Made by a program: the position numbers and the translations under genes. The notes beneath the pieces are model-generated. The model searched no databases. It was given only the letters and a program-made list of their open reading frames with translations, and was not told the origin of the DNA. From a virus (lineage: Duplodnaviria > Heunggongvirae > Uroviricota > Caudoviricetes), in the IMG/VR virus record IMGVR_UViG_2529292919_000026: 16,261 bases of DNA. The stretch is one strand, 5' to 3'. This document shows positions 8,731 through 15,937 of this stretch, piece after piece (the stretch's first letter is position 1; each line of letters opens with the position of its first letter).

Positions 8731-8802
8731 ATTGTTTTATAAGGATTTTATTCTTTTTATTGAACCAACACTGAACCAACAACACGGTATTTTGAACCAA
8801 CA
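8692..8802. promoter_or_regulatory. iteron array, candidate replication origin (copy A)
   Basis: Three tandem GTTGGTTCA 9-mers (8692-8718), an AT-rich ~43-bp spacer, then three spaced inverted copies TGAACCAAC (8762-8770, 8773-8781, 8794-8802). Sits directly 3' of the primase gene. Confidence 0.65.
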
Positions 8803-8862
8803 CAATGTGACTGAATTGATGCGCACAACACCTGGCTGGCATCAGAGAGTGTTTTACGAGAC

Positions 8863-8883
8863 TTTCGTAAAATCCTGTGTACA
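8863..8883. promoter_or_regulatory. palindromic operator-like site TTTTACGA-N5-TCGTAAAA
   Basis: 8-bp perfect inverted arms seen directly in sequence. Confidence 0.4.
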
Positions 8884-8905
8884 AGGGCGTGACGTTTTTG
8901 AAAGT

Positions 8906-8922
8906 GAGCACTACGAAATTTT
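8906..8922. promoter_or_regulatory. palindromic operator-like site CTACGAAA-T-TTTCGTAG
   Basis: 17-bp near-perfect palindrome sharing the TTTCGTA half-site with the site 25 bp upstream. Confidence 0.4.
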
Positions 8923-9122
8923 CGTAGTTCAAAAAACAGCCTCTGAGAAGTTGTTATGCCTGTTCAGCAAACCATCCGCATAGCTGATCGCGAATCAAAT
9001 TACCAATGGAGCCAGAATCAAGGGCAGAACTGAAAAGCGCCTGCCGTGAAGAGTAATGCGATACCATAAATATAGTTTTTAGAGTCCATAAAAAACCTGT
9101 CAAAACCTGACACACAGAACGA

Positions 9123-9154
9123 TGCCACCAGCTACTGAGCGGTGGCATTTTTTT
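9123..9154 (+). terminator. rho-independent terminator (orphan, no upstream + strand CDS)
   Basis: Stem TGCCACC/GGTGGCA with 11-nt loop, followed by seven T residues (9148-9154). Confidence 0.55.
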
Positions 9155-9249
9155 GTGCTATTTGTTTCATATTTTGCAATTACGATGATGAATATTGCGA
9201 TTTGTGAAACTATAATAACTGTTGTTTTATACAGTTCTAAGGGGGCGTT

Positions 9250-9411
9250 ATGGCTATTTCAGTAAATCCGGTATTGATAAGTGAGAAGCAAATGGAAGCG
9301 ATAAAGAAAATTCAGGAAGAGCAGCGTAAAAAATCAGGAATTGGAGTAGCGCCAACTCTGCATGAAATTGCACGAGGGTTAATAGATAAGGCGCTGGCAG
9401 GCTGTATGTGA
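9250..9411 (+). CDS. small hypothetical protein (53 aa), below the track's length cut-off
   Basis: AAGGGGG Shine-Dalgarno 6 nt upstream of ATG 9250; TATAAT hexamer at 9211-9216. Sequence MAISVNPVLISEKQMEAIKKIQEEQRKKSGIGVAPTLHEIARGLIDKALAGCM, possibly a small DNA-binding protein. Confidence 0.45.
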   Translation: MAISVNPVLISEKQMEAIKKIQEEQRKKSGIGVAPTLHEIARGLIDKALAGCM

Positions 9412-9427
9412 AAATGGATGGCATCGC

Positions 9428-9889
9428 ATGGAACTAAAATTTATTGATAACCCTGTGCGATTACAGGCCTTTCTTAACGAGCCAGGCAATACCGAAAATA
9501 TTGTTGAGCCGGGGCACACGTACTACATCAAGCCTGATGCGGTATATCTCGGCATCTACGAAGGATTAGTGCTGGCTGGCGTTCATGAAGTGCGTAACTT
9601 CTGGCATAGCGTTGTTGAATGCCATGCGGTGTACGACCCCGGATTCCGTGGTGAATATGCACTGCAAGGGCATCGATTATTCTGCAAATGGCTTCTCGAA
9701 AACTCACCATTCCTTAACAGCATCACCATGGTTCCTGACACCACCAAATACGGACGGGCAATTATCCGTTTGCTTGGCGCTACCCGTGTTGGTCACCTTG
9801 ATGATGCTTATATCAGATGTGGTAAACCCGTCGGCGTAACGCTTTATCAGTTAACTCGGCAACAATATAAGGAATTCAGCGAATGTTAA
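9428..9889 (+). CDS. protein at the gene-14 position of a P22-like ejection-protein cluster (153 aa)
   Basis: Assigned by position and size only: it directly precedes three coupled ejection-protein-like genes, and its stop overlaps the next start. Confidence 0.35.
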   Translation: MELKFIDNPVRLQAFLNEPGNTENIVEPGHTYYIKPDAVYLGIYEGLVLAGVHEVRNFWHSVVECHAVYDPGFRGEYALQGHRLFCKWLLENSPFLNSITMVPDTTKYGRAIIRLLGATRVGHLDDAYIRCGKPVGVTLYQLTRQQYKEFSEC

Positions 9890-10560
9890 TTACCCATATA
9901 GCTCATAAACATCTCAATCGTGCCGTATACGAAAAAGGCGGTGATGGTGGTGCCTCTAAAGCTCAGGCGAAGGCCCAGCAGCAGGCAATTGATTTGCAGC
10001 GCGAGCAGTGGAATACGGTGATGAATAATCTCAAGCCGTATGCAGAAGTCGGATTGCCTGCTTTACAACAACTGCAAGGACTGATGACTCTGGAAGGGCA
10101 GAATAAAGCCGCGAATGATTTCTTTGGTTCTGGTTTATATAAAACACAGGCAGATCAGGCCCGTTATCAGAACCTTGTCTCAGCAGAAGCTACCGGGGGG
10201 CTTGGCTCAACAGCTACCAGTAACCAGTTATCTTCCATTGCGCCCATGCTTTATAACAATTGGCTCAGTGGGCAAATGCAAAATTATGGAAACCTGCTAA
10301 ATGTCGGGATGAATGCGGCATCAGGGCAGGCAACGGCAGGGCAAAACTACGCCAATAATACCGGACAACTCTTGCAGGGGCTTGGCGCTATTCGTGCAGG
10401 TCAGGCGCAGCAGCCATCCAGTCTTGCGCGTGGTATTGGTGGGGCAGCATCAGGCGCTTTAGCGGGTGCGCAACTTGGTTCCGTTGTTCCTGGAATAGGA
10501 ACTGCGGCCGGCGCTATTGGTGGTGGGCTTATTGGTCTTGTTGGGGGGCTTGGATTCTAA
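9883..10560 (+). CDS. P22 gp7-like DNA ejection (internal virion) protein (225 aa)
   Basis: Size close to P22 gp7 (about 229 aa from memory); EKGGDGG segment near the N terminus; Gln/Ala/Gly-rich low-complexity body; glycine-zipper hydrophobic C terminus GGLIGLVGGLGF. First of three coupled genes in P22 order. Confidence 0.55.
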   Translation: MLITHIAHKHLNRAVYEKGGDGGASKAQAKAQQQAIDLQREQWNTVMNNLKPYAEVGLPALQQLQGLMTLEGQNKAANDFFGSGLYKTQADQARYQNLVSAEATGGLGSTATSNQLSSIAPMLYNNWLSGQMQNYGNLLNVGMNAASGQATAGQNYANNTGQLLQGLGAIRAGQAQQPSSLARGIGGAASGALAGAQLGSVVPGIGTAAGAIGGGLIGLVGGLGF

Positions 10561-11981
10561 TGGCGACATGGCAACTTGGCGGGCTGCCTAGCATGGCACC
10601 GCAAAATGATAATGCTCCTCGTTCTTCCGTTCCTCAGCCTGTGCAGTATCAGCAGCAGCCAAACGTAGGTTTAATGGCGCTACAGGGGCTAAGAGGCGTT
10701 GCTGAGATTAATCAGCAGGCACGTCAACAACAGCGTAAATCAGAGTTTCAGAAAGCATATGCCGGGGCTTTTGAGTCTGGAGACAGAAACAAAATGCGCA
10801 GTCTTATTTCTGAGTATCCAGAAGAATTTGAAAGCGTTCAGAAAGGGATGGGCTTTATTGATGACGACCAGAGAAATTCTATTGGTCATCTTGCGACTAG
10901 TGCTCAAATCGCATCTTCGCTCGGAACTGGGGCATTTGGAAAATTCATAGCAGATAACGAAGATGAAATGCGTCGCTTGGGAATTTCTCCTGAGTCTGTT
11001 GCCGAAATGCATGTTAATGATCCACAGGGATTCCAGCGGCTTGCTGGTAGTATGGCACTGTTTTCTCTCGGTCATGAGAAGTATTTCGATATCAAAGATC
11101 AAATGGAAGGTCGGGATATTGAGCGAGGCAGGCTGGCAGAGACAATCCGCAGCAATCAGGCTGGCGAAGCACTTCAGGCGAGAGGGCAGGATATTAGCCG
11201 AGCAAATGCGTTAACGTCAGCATATGCACCAACAGCAGCAATGCAGAATTACAATCAGTACGCTCAAATGTTAAAGGCGGATCCAGAGGGGGCGGCGGCA
11301 TTTGCGGCAGCGGCTGGAATTAATACAAACGCCAAAAAATTAATGAGTGTTAGAGAAAACGATGATGGCACTGTCACAAAATACTACACAGACGGAAGTG
11401 AAGAGCAGGGAAAACTAAACCAGCCAATATCTGGAGATGGGTTTCGTCCAATAGCTTTGCCAACAGCCCAAAAGATCATGGAAAAGTCGCCAGAAGGGGC
11501 TAAAAAAGCTGCTGGATTTGCATACAGGGTTAGGGATGCTCTTGATTCAATAGATACACTGAAAGACCAGCTTAGCCCACAGCGAGTGGCGATCATTAAT
11601 AATGCTTTGGGTAATGGGACGCTGGCTAACTTAACGCTCAGCCCAACAGAGCAGCAATACGTTGTTAATGCTAATGACGCAATAATGGCAATACTCCGTC
11701 AGGAAACAGGGGCAGCTATCGTACCTGCTGAAATGTCAAAATATTATCAAATGTATTTCCCTCAGCCTGGCGACTCCACAAAAACCATTGATACCAAGCG
11801 CCGGAAGATGGAAAACCAGTTCAATTCGCTGAAAGCTGCTTCTGGTCGAGCTTATGATGCTTTGCGGGTTATTTCAGCAGTTGACAGAGGAACGTCTTCT
11901 TCGTCGCAGACATTGCCGCAATCTGAGCAGGTATCACAGCCAGCAGCCAGCAGTAACTTTTCTTCACTATGGGGTGATTAA
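10560..11981 (+). CDS. P22 gp20-like DNA ejection protein (473 aa)
   Basis: Size close to P22 gp20 (about 471 aa from memory). Start overlaps the upstream stop (TAATGG) and the stop overlaps the next start. Confidence 0.55.
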   Translation: MATWQLGGLPSMAPQNDNAPRSSVPQPVQYQQQPNVGLMALQGLRGVAEINQQARQQQRKSEFQKAYAGAFESGDRNKMRSLISEYPEEFESVQKGMGFIDDDQRNSIGHLATSAQIASSLGTGAFGKFIADNEDEMRRLGISPESVAEMHVNDPQGFQRLAGSMALFSLGHEKYFDIKDQMEGRDIERGRLAETIRSNQAGEALQARGQDISRANALTSAYAPTAAMQNYNQYAQMLKADPEGAAAFAAAAGINTNAKKLMSVRENDDGTVTKYYTDGSEEQGKLNQPISGDGFRPIALPTAQKIMEKSPEGAKKAAGFAYRVRDALDSIDTLKDQLSPQRVAIINNALGNGTLANLTLSPTEQQYVVNANDAIMAILRQETGAAIVPAEMSKYYQMYFPQPGDSTKTIDTKRRKMENQFNSLKAASGRAYDALRVISAVDRGTSSSSQTLPQSEQVSQPAASSNFSSLWGD

Positions 11982-14086
11982 TGGCTAAAGCATGGAAAGA
12001 TGTTATCGCCTCTCCACAGTATCAGGCGTTAGCACCAGAACAAAAAGCGCAGGCTCAGGAGCAATACTTCAATGAAGTCGTTGCCCCGCAAGCCGGAGAA
12101 AGTGTAGAGCAGGCTAAGCAGGCTTTTTATGCTGCCTATCCACTACCATCAACGAATGAAATAGACCGATCCCAATCAGCAACTCAAAATATTCAACATA
12201 CATCATCTGATAATTCTCTTGCGTCAGGGTATGCAAAGTTAGCTACTCAGCAAAGAGAGGGGCTTGAGCGTTCAGCAGAACAGGGAGCCAGTCTTGGGGC
12301 TGCGATGCGCGATGCTATAACAGGCGAAAGCCGAATGACTTCAGAGATGGAGAGACTGCAAAATGTCGCCTCTGCCCCAGAATTGAACTCACTAAGCATG
12401 GATGCCCTAAAGGCTGGATGGTCCCAACTTTTCGGCTCTGACGCGTCTCAGGAAAAGATTCTTCAGGGAATGGGGGCGACATTAAGGCAGGATGAGAAGG
12501 GGAATACTATCGTTTCTCTGCCATCAGGTGATTATGCCCTGAACAAGCCGGGTTTATCACCGCAAGACCTGACTTCGTTTCTTGCTAATGCGTTGGCGTT
12601 TACACCAGCGGGCAGGGCTGGAACGGTGCTTGGTGCCATAGGAAAATCAGCAGCTACAGATTTAGCACTACAGGGAGCCACCAGCCTTGCTGGTGGAGAA
12701 GATATTGATCCGTTACAAACGGTAATTTCTGCTGGCATTGGTGGTATTGGTAAGGGGCTGGAAAATACAGCGAGTGCGGTTTCGAGGGCTGTTCGTGGTG
12801 ATATGTCGCCTGAAGCAAAGGCTGCTGTCGACTTTGCATCGGAAAGAAATCTGCCGTTAATGACCAGTGACATGCTGAAAGATAAAACCTTTATGCAGAG
12901 TCAGGCTCAGACATTAGGCGAAAGAGTTCCTTTTTTTGGAACCGGTAAGAATCGGCTGAATCAACAACAAGCACGAGAAAATTTAGTCAGAACATTTAGC
13001 GATGGTCTGGGTGGCATTTCTGATAAACAGCTTTATGAATCTGCGACTAAAGGGCAACAAAAATTCATTGAGGCAGCAGGAAAGCGATATAACCGCATAA
13101 TTGACGCTATGGGGGATACCCCTGTCGATCTCTCAAACACGGTAAAAGCTATCGACAATCAGATTGCCGTGTTAAGCCGCCCGGGCAAATCTCAGGATAG
13201 AGCCGCGGTAAAAGTCTTGCAGCAATTTAAAGACGATATCACCAGCGGACCAAATGACCTGCGCCTGGCGAGGGAAAACAGAACCGATCTTCGAAAGCGA
13301 TTTATTGCGTCATCTGACACTGTTGATAAAGATACGCTCCAGAAAGCCAGCGATATTATCTACAAGGCATATACGGCGGATATGAAAAAAGCCGTAGCCA
13401 AAAATCTTGGAGCAGACGAAGCCATTAATATGGCAAGGGTTGATCGCTCATGGTCTAAATTCAATGACATGATGGGAAGAACGCGCGTTCAAAAGGCAAT
13501 AGCCAGCGGCAAGGCCACGCCTGAGGATGTAACAAAACTCGTTTTTAGCCAAAGCCCATCAGAACGTTCTCAGCTTTACAGGCTTCTGGATGACAATGGT
13601 AGGCAAAACGCACGAGCAGCCATAGTTCAGAATGCTGTAGATAAGGCGACTGATCCGTCTGGAAATATCAGTGTTGAGAAGTTTATTAATGCGTTACACC
13701 GGAACAGGAAGCAATCAGCAACTTTCTTTAAAGGCGTACATGGGAAGGAACTGGACGGCGTTATTAAATACCTCAACGATACAAGACACGCGGCAAAAGC
13801 GAACGTTCAAAACTTAAATGGTCAGCAGCTTTATGGATTGTTAGTTGGTGGTGGCATCATAAACGCAGCAGTATTAGCGGGGATGCTAAAAACGGCTGCG
13901 TTTGTTGTTCCTGCTGCTGGTGCCGTAGGCGGAGCAGCGAAGGCATACGAAACCCCTGTTATACGAAATGCCTTGTTACGTCTGGCAAATACGCCAAAAG
14001 GTAGCACAGCATATGACAGAGCGATCAGTACGGTCACACAATCGCTCACCAGAGTCGCACAGGCATCACAAAAAGAAGCTCAATAA
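11981..14086 (+). CDS. P22 gp16-like DNA ejection protein (701 aa)
   Basis: Third coupled gene; large Ala/Gln-rich protein with hydrophobic Gly/Ala-rich segment near the C terminus (GGGIINAAVLAGMLKTAAFVVPAAGAVGGAA). Longer than P22 gp16 (about 609 aa from memory). Confidence 0.5.
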   Translation: MAKAWKDVIASPQYQALAPEQKAQAQEQYFNEVVAPQAGESVEQAKQAFYAAYPLPSTNEIDRSQSATQNIQHTSSDNSLASGYAKLATQQREGLERSAEQGASLGAAMRDAITGESRMTSEMERLQNVASAPELNSLSMDALKAGWSQLFGSDASQEKILQGMGATLRQDEKGNTIVSLPSGDYALNKPGLSPQDLTSFLANALAFTPAGRAGTVLGAIGKSAATDLALQGATSLAGGEDIDPLQTVISAGIGGIGKGLENTASAVSRAVRGDMSPEAKAAVDFASERNLPLMTSDMLKDKTFMQSQAQTLGERVPFFGTGKNRLNQQQARENLVRTFSDGLGGISDKQLYESATKGQQKFIEAAGKRYNRIIDAMGDTPVDLSNTVKAIDNQIAVLSRPGKSQDRAAVKVLQQFKDDITSGPNDLRLARENRTDLRKRFIASSDTVDKDTLQKASDIIYKAYTADMKKAVAKNLGADEAINMARVDRSWSKFNDMMGRTRVQKAIASGKATPEDVTKLVFSQSPSERSQLYRLLDDNGRQNARAAIVQNAVDKATDPSGNISVEKFINALHRNRKQSATFFKGVHGKELDGVIKYLNDTRHAAKANVQNLNGQQLYGLLVGGGIINAAVLAGMLKTAAFVVPAAGAVGGAAKAYETPVIRNALLRLANTPKGSTAYDRAISTVTQSLTRVAQASQKEAQ

Positions 14087-14090
14087 CTGG

Positions 14091-14113
14091 TTAGCCATGG
14101 ATGGCTAATTTTT
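14091..14113 (+). terminator. intrinsic terminator between convergent genes
   Basis: Perfect inverted repeat TTAGCCAT-GG-ATGGCTAA followed by TTTTT. The stop codon of the minus-strand membrane-protein gene lies inside the stem. Confidence 0.55.
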
Positions 14114-14524
14114 GTTCTTTGCTCTCATCCATAGGTAAAGAAGGGAAAGAACAAGACAAAAAACAGAGAATAGATAACCTACCTCATATGGTGCGCCAAA
14201 AAAATTAGCCATTGATACGGGCAAAAAAGCTGAAGCGATCAAAATTGAAAGGCAAAAAATAAGCCCAGTAATATAGTTTATTAAATTCTTAAATGAGAAA
14301 CGTTTTGCTTGATTTACGGTCTTAACGAACGATCGCTTAACGACGGATAAAAGCAAATAGATGGCGACAGTTGCTAATGCCCCTTTCCACCAGTCTGGAT
14401 ATAGTTTTGCGACAATCAGACCAAGGAAAACCATGATGACAGCCTGAGCATTCACACCAACCCTCCCTTTAGCTTTGTTTAGAATGGCAATCATCATATA
14501 TCCAAGACATGGCATTTGGTACAT
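14105..14524 (-). CDS. small multi-pass inner-membrane protein at the sieA position (superinfection-exclusion-like)
   Basis: Several hydrophobic helices (VIMVFLGLIVAKL, ALATVAIYLLLSVV, ITGLIFCLSILIASAFL, LFSVFCLVLSLLYLW). Convergent with and immediately after the gp16-like gene, as sieA is in P22-like phages. Start uncertain: a strong AAAGGGAGGG sits 5 nt before an in-frame GTG at 14455. Confidence 0.5.
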   Translation of the reverse strand: MYQMPCLGYMMIAILNKAKGRVGVNAQAVIMVFLGLIVAKLYPDWWKGALATVAIYLLLSVVKRSFVKTVNQAKRFSFKNLINYITGLIFCLSILIASAFLPVSMANFFGAPYEVGYLFSVFCLVLSLLYLWMRAKNKN

Positions 14525-14564
14525 AGCTTGGGTCGGGATTTCAAATCCGATCCCCGTTGATGGG

Positions 14565-14960
14565 GCCGTTACAGTACGCGCATATCCTCTTTATGTGAAA
14601 CAGGAAGATTTTTCTGATATCACTGCCACAGCAAAACACCAATTTCGTGACCAGTACGCGCGCGAGGGGTATCAGTTGCAAAAAATTTTGCAACTGCGTC
14701 CGACCAGTACGCACACGATGGCGGGGAGCACCATAAAACTGTTCTCTACATAAGACAGAGTGGTGGTGATGTGTTGATTATCGGCGTATATGCGCACAGG
14801 ACGCGCTATGACGATGTTTTATGCGGGTACACCAATCACATGTATCTGGTGTGATCAATCGCGTTACATGACATCTCATGTTGTGCTGGTGATTATCACG
14901 ACGTTCTGAATCTGGCCTTTGCCTGATATTTTGCGACAAGTACGCGCGCGTAGCATCGAC
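14565..14960. repeat. cluster of short repeats: AGTACGCGCGCG-type motifs with adjacent TTTTGCGAC-type motifs
   Basis: AGTACGC(G/A)C(G/A)CG at 14572, 14653, 14705 and 14939; TTTTGC(G/A)AC at 14405, 14686 and 14929; perfect 12-bp palindrome TACGCGCGCGTA at 14941-14952. Confidence 0.6.
14673..14696. promoter_or_regulatory. palindromic operator-like site CAGTTGCAAAA-AA-TTTTGCAACTG
   Basis: 11-bp perfect inverted arms seen directly in sequence, in the noncoding region upstream of the minus-strand membrane-protein gene. Confidence 0.45.
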
Positions 14961-14978
14961 AGCATACACATTGGATAT

Positions 14979-15179
14979 TCATTTTGTGACCAATGCGATA
15001 AGTAGCGGGATAAGAATTGATAAAATCAACAGGACGATGATCCACTTTTGATTCTCGTCCATCTTATCTGCTAGGCGACGCTCCATTCCGTGCATATCAC
15101 CGCGAATGGCAATCATCTCATTGCGAACATCCGAGAAGTGGTTGGCTTGATGTTCAATGTGTGGCGTTCTGCCTTTCAT
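14979..15179 (-). CDS. small protein with C-terminal transmembrane helix (66 aa)
   Basis: GGTGAGGA Shine-Dalgarno 7 nt upstream of ATG on the minus strand. C-terminal WIIVLLILSILIPLLIALV hydrophobic segment. Confidence 0.5.
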   Translation of the reverse strand: MKGRTPHIEHQANHFSDVRNEMIAIRGDMHGMERRLADKMDENQKWIIVLLILSILIPLLIALVTK

Positions 15180-15258
15180 GTCTGATCCTCACCTATCGTC
15201 ACCACCTGATGGTGTATAAAGGTATTAGCCCAAGCAGCTTTCCAATGGGCACTCATGT

Positions 15259-15714
15259 TTATACGCTGACCTTACAATCAATCACCGCTTTTAACTTTTC
15301 AGCATTGCTTCCCTGACGCTTCCACGCGCTGTAAATATCTTTATCCCACGCTTTACCAGCTTTTGTTTGATAGCCTGCTTCATTGATCCGTTCAGCTATC
15401 ACACGCCCATTATCAAATCCCTGTTGGATGGTATCGGCAATGATCTTTATAACTGCCGTTTCGTTATATGGTTTTGGTGGGATGTTCGGCTTTCCGGCAA
15501 TAAGCGACGCAGCGGCTTTTTCCATGCGCTCCACCAGCCCAAGCATTCGTGAATCAATAGACTTTTCCGGCTGCCCCAGCTTCATGCGAATCGCATCAAC
15601 AAGCCAAGAGGTTTTATCTCCTCCAGAAGCGAGAACAGACCGATTAAACTCATCCTGCAATTCAGATGGGATGCGGAACGCGATCAGATTAGATTTGCTC
15701 ATTGCAAAGACCAT
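15259..15714 (-). CDS. ribbon-helix-helix (Arc/Mnt/CopG-type) DNA-binding regulator with C-terminal extension
   Basis: N-terminal SNLIAFRIPSELQDEFNRSVLASGGDKTSWLVDAIRMKL fits the beta-strand/helix/helix pattern of RHH repressors (compare the FNLRWP strand of P22 Arc/Mnt). True start may be the second ATG (15702). Confidence 0.5.
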   Translation of the reverse strand: MVFAMSKSNLIAFRIPSELQDEFNRSVLASGGDKTSWLVDAIRMKLGQPEKSIDSRMLGLVERMEKAAASLIAGKPNIPPKPYNETAVIKIIADTIQQGFDNGRVIAERINEAGYQTKAGKAWDKDIYSAWKRQGSNAEKLKAVIDCKVSV

Positions 15715-15816
15715 ATCAGTGAGTAATATCCATACAGTATACCACTGTATAACACTGTTATACGCTCAAATATCAGCCAGAAAATAACAGACCAATCACA
15801 AATCTATCGCTGTGTT

Positions 15817-15937
15817 GTTGGTTCAGAGCTGGGCTGTGTTGGTTCAAAATGAGTTGATGTTGGTTCAATATTTTAGAAAAAACACAATAAAAACAACGCT
15901 CTTTACAAATTGAACCAACTGAACCAACTGAACCAAC
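15817..15937. promoter_or_regulatory. iteron array, candidate replication origin (copy B, inverted relative to copy A)
   Basis: Three spaced GTTGGTTCA 9-mers (15817-15825, 15838-15846, 15859-15867), an AT-rich spacer, then three tandem TGAACCAAC (15911-15937). Confidence 0.6.

Noticed and set aside
8672-8983. Track ORFs 8672-8932 (-) and 8732-8983 (+)
   Set aside because: Both run through the iteron array, AT-rich spacer and operator palindromes. PTEPTEPT-type translations are artefacts of the 9-bp repeats, and neither has a ribosome-binding site.
9528-13980. Short ORFs inside the ejection-protein genes (for example 9528-9710 -, 9585-9839 +, 10115-10300 +, 10699-11214 set, 11384-11596 -, 12532-12873 -, 13831-14049 -)
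   Set aside because: Embedded in or antisense to long coupled genes; low-complexity Ala/Gln-rich coding DNA readily produces spurious open frames.
14531-14566. tRNA-like fragment (GGGATTTCAAATCC with a TTCAAAT loop, then a CCCC-GTTGAT-GGGG hairpin), considered as a tRNA 3' remnant or attachment site
   Set aside because: The stems flanking the 7-nt loop pair at only 3 bp, and no acceptor stem or CCA context is present. I could not match it to a tRNA-Sec, Phe or Thr 3' half.
14475-14969. Track ORFs 14475-14753 (+) and 14778-14969 (-)
   Set aside because: They overlap the repeat and palindrome cluster, lack ribosome-binding sites and have implausible composition; the region is more likely regulatory.
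15367-15787. Plus-strand ORFs 15367-15552 and 15383-15787
   Set aside because: Antisense to the RHH regulator gene, which has a recognisable N-terminal fold signature; no start signals.
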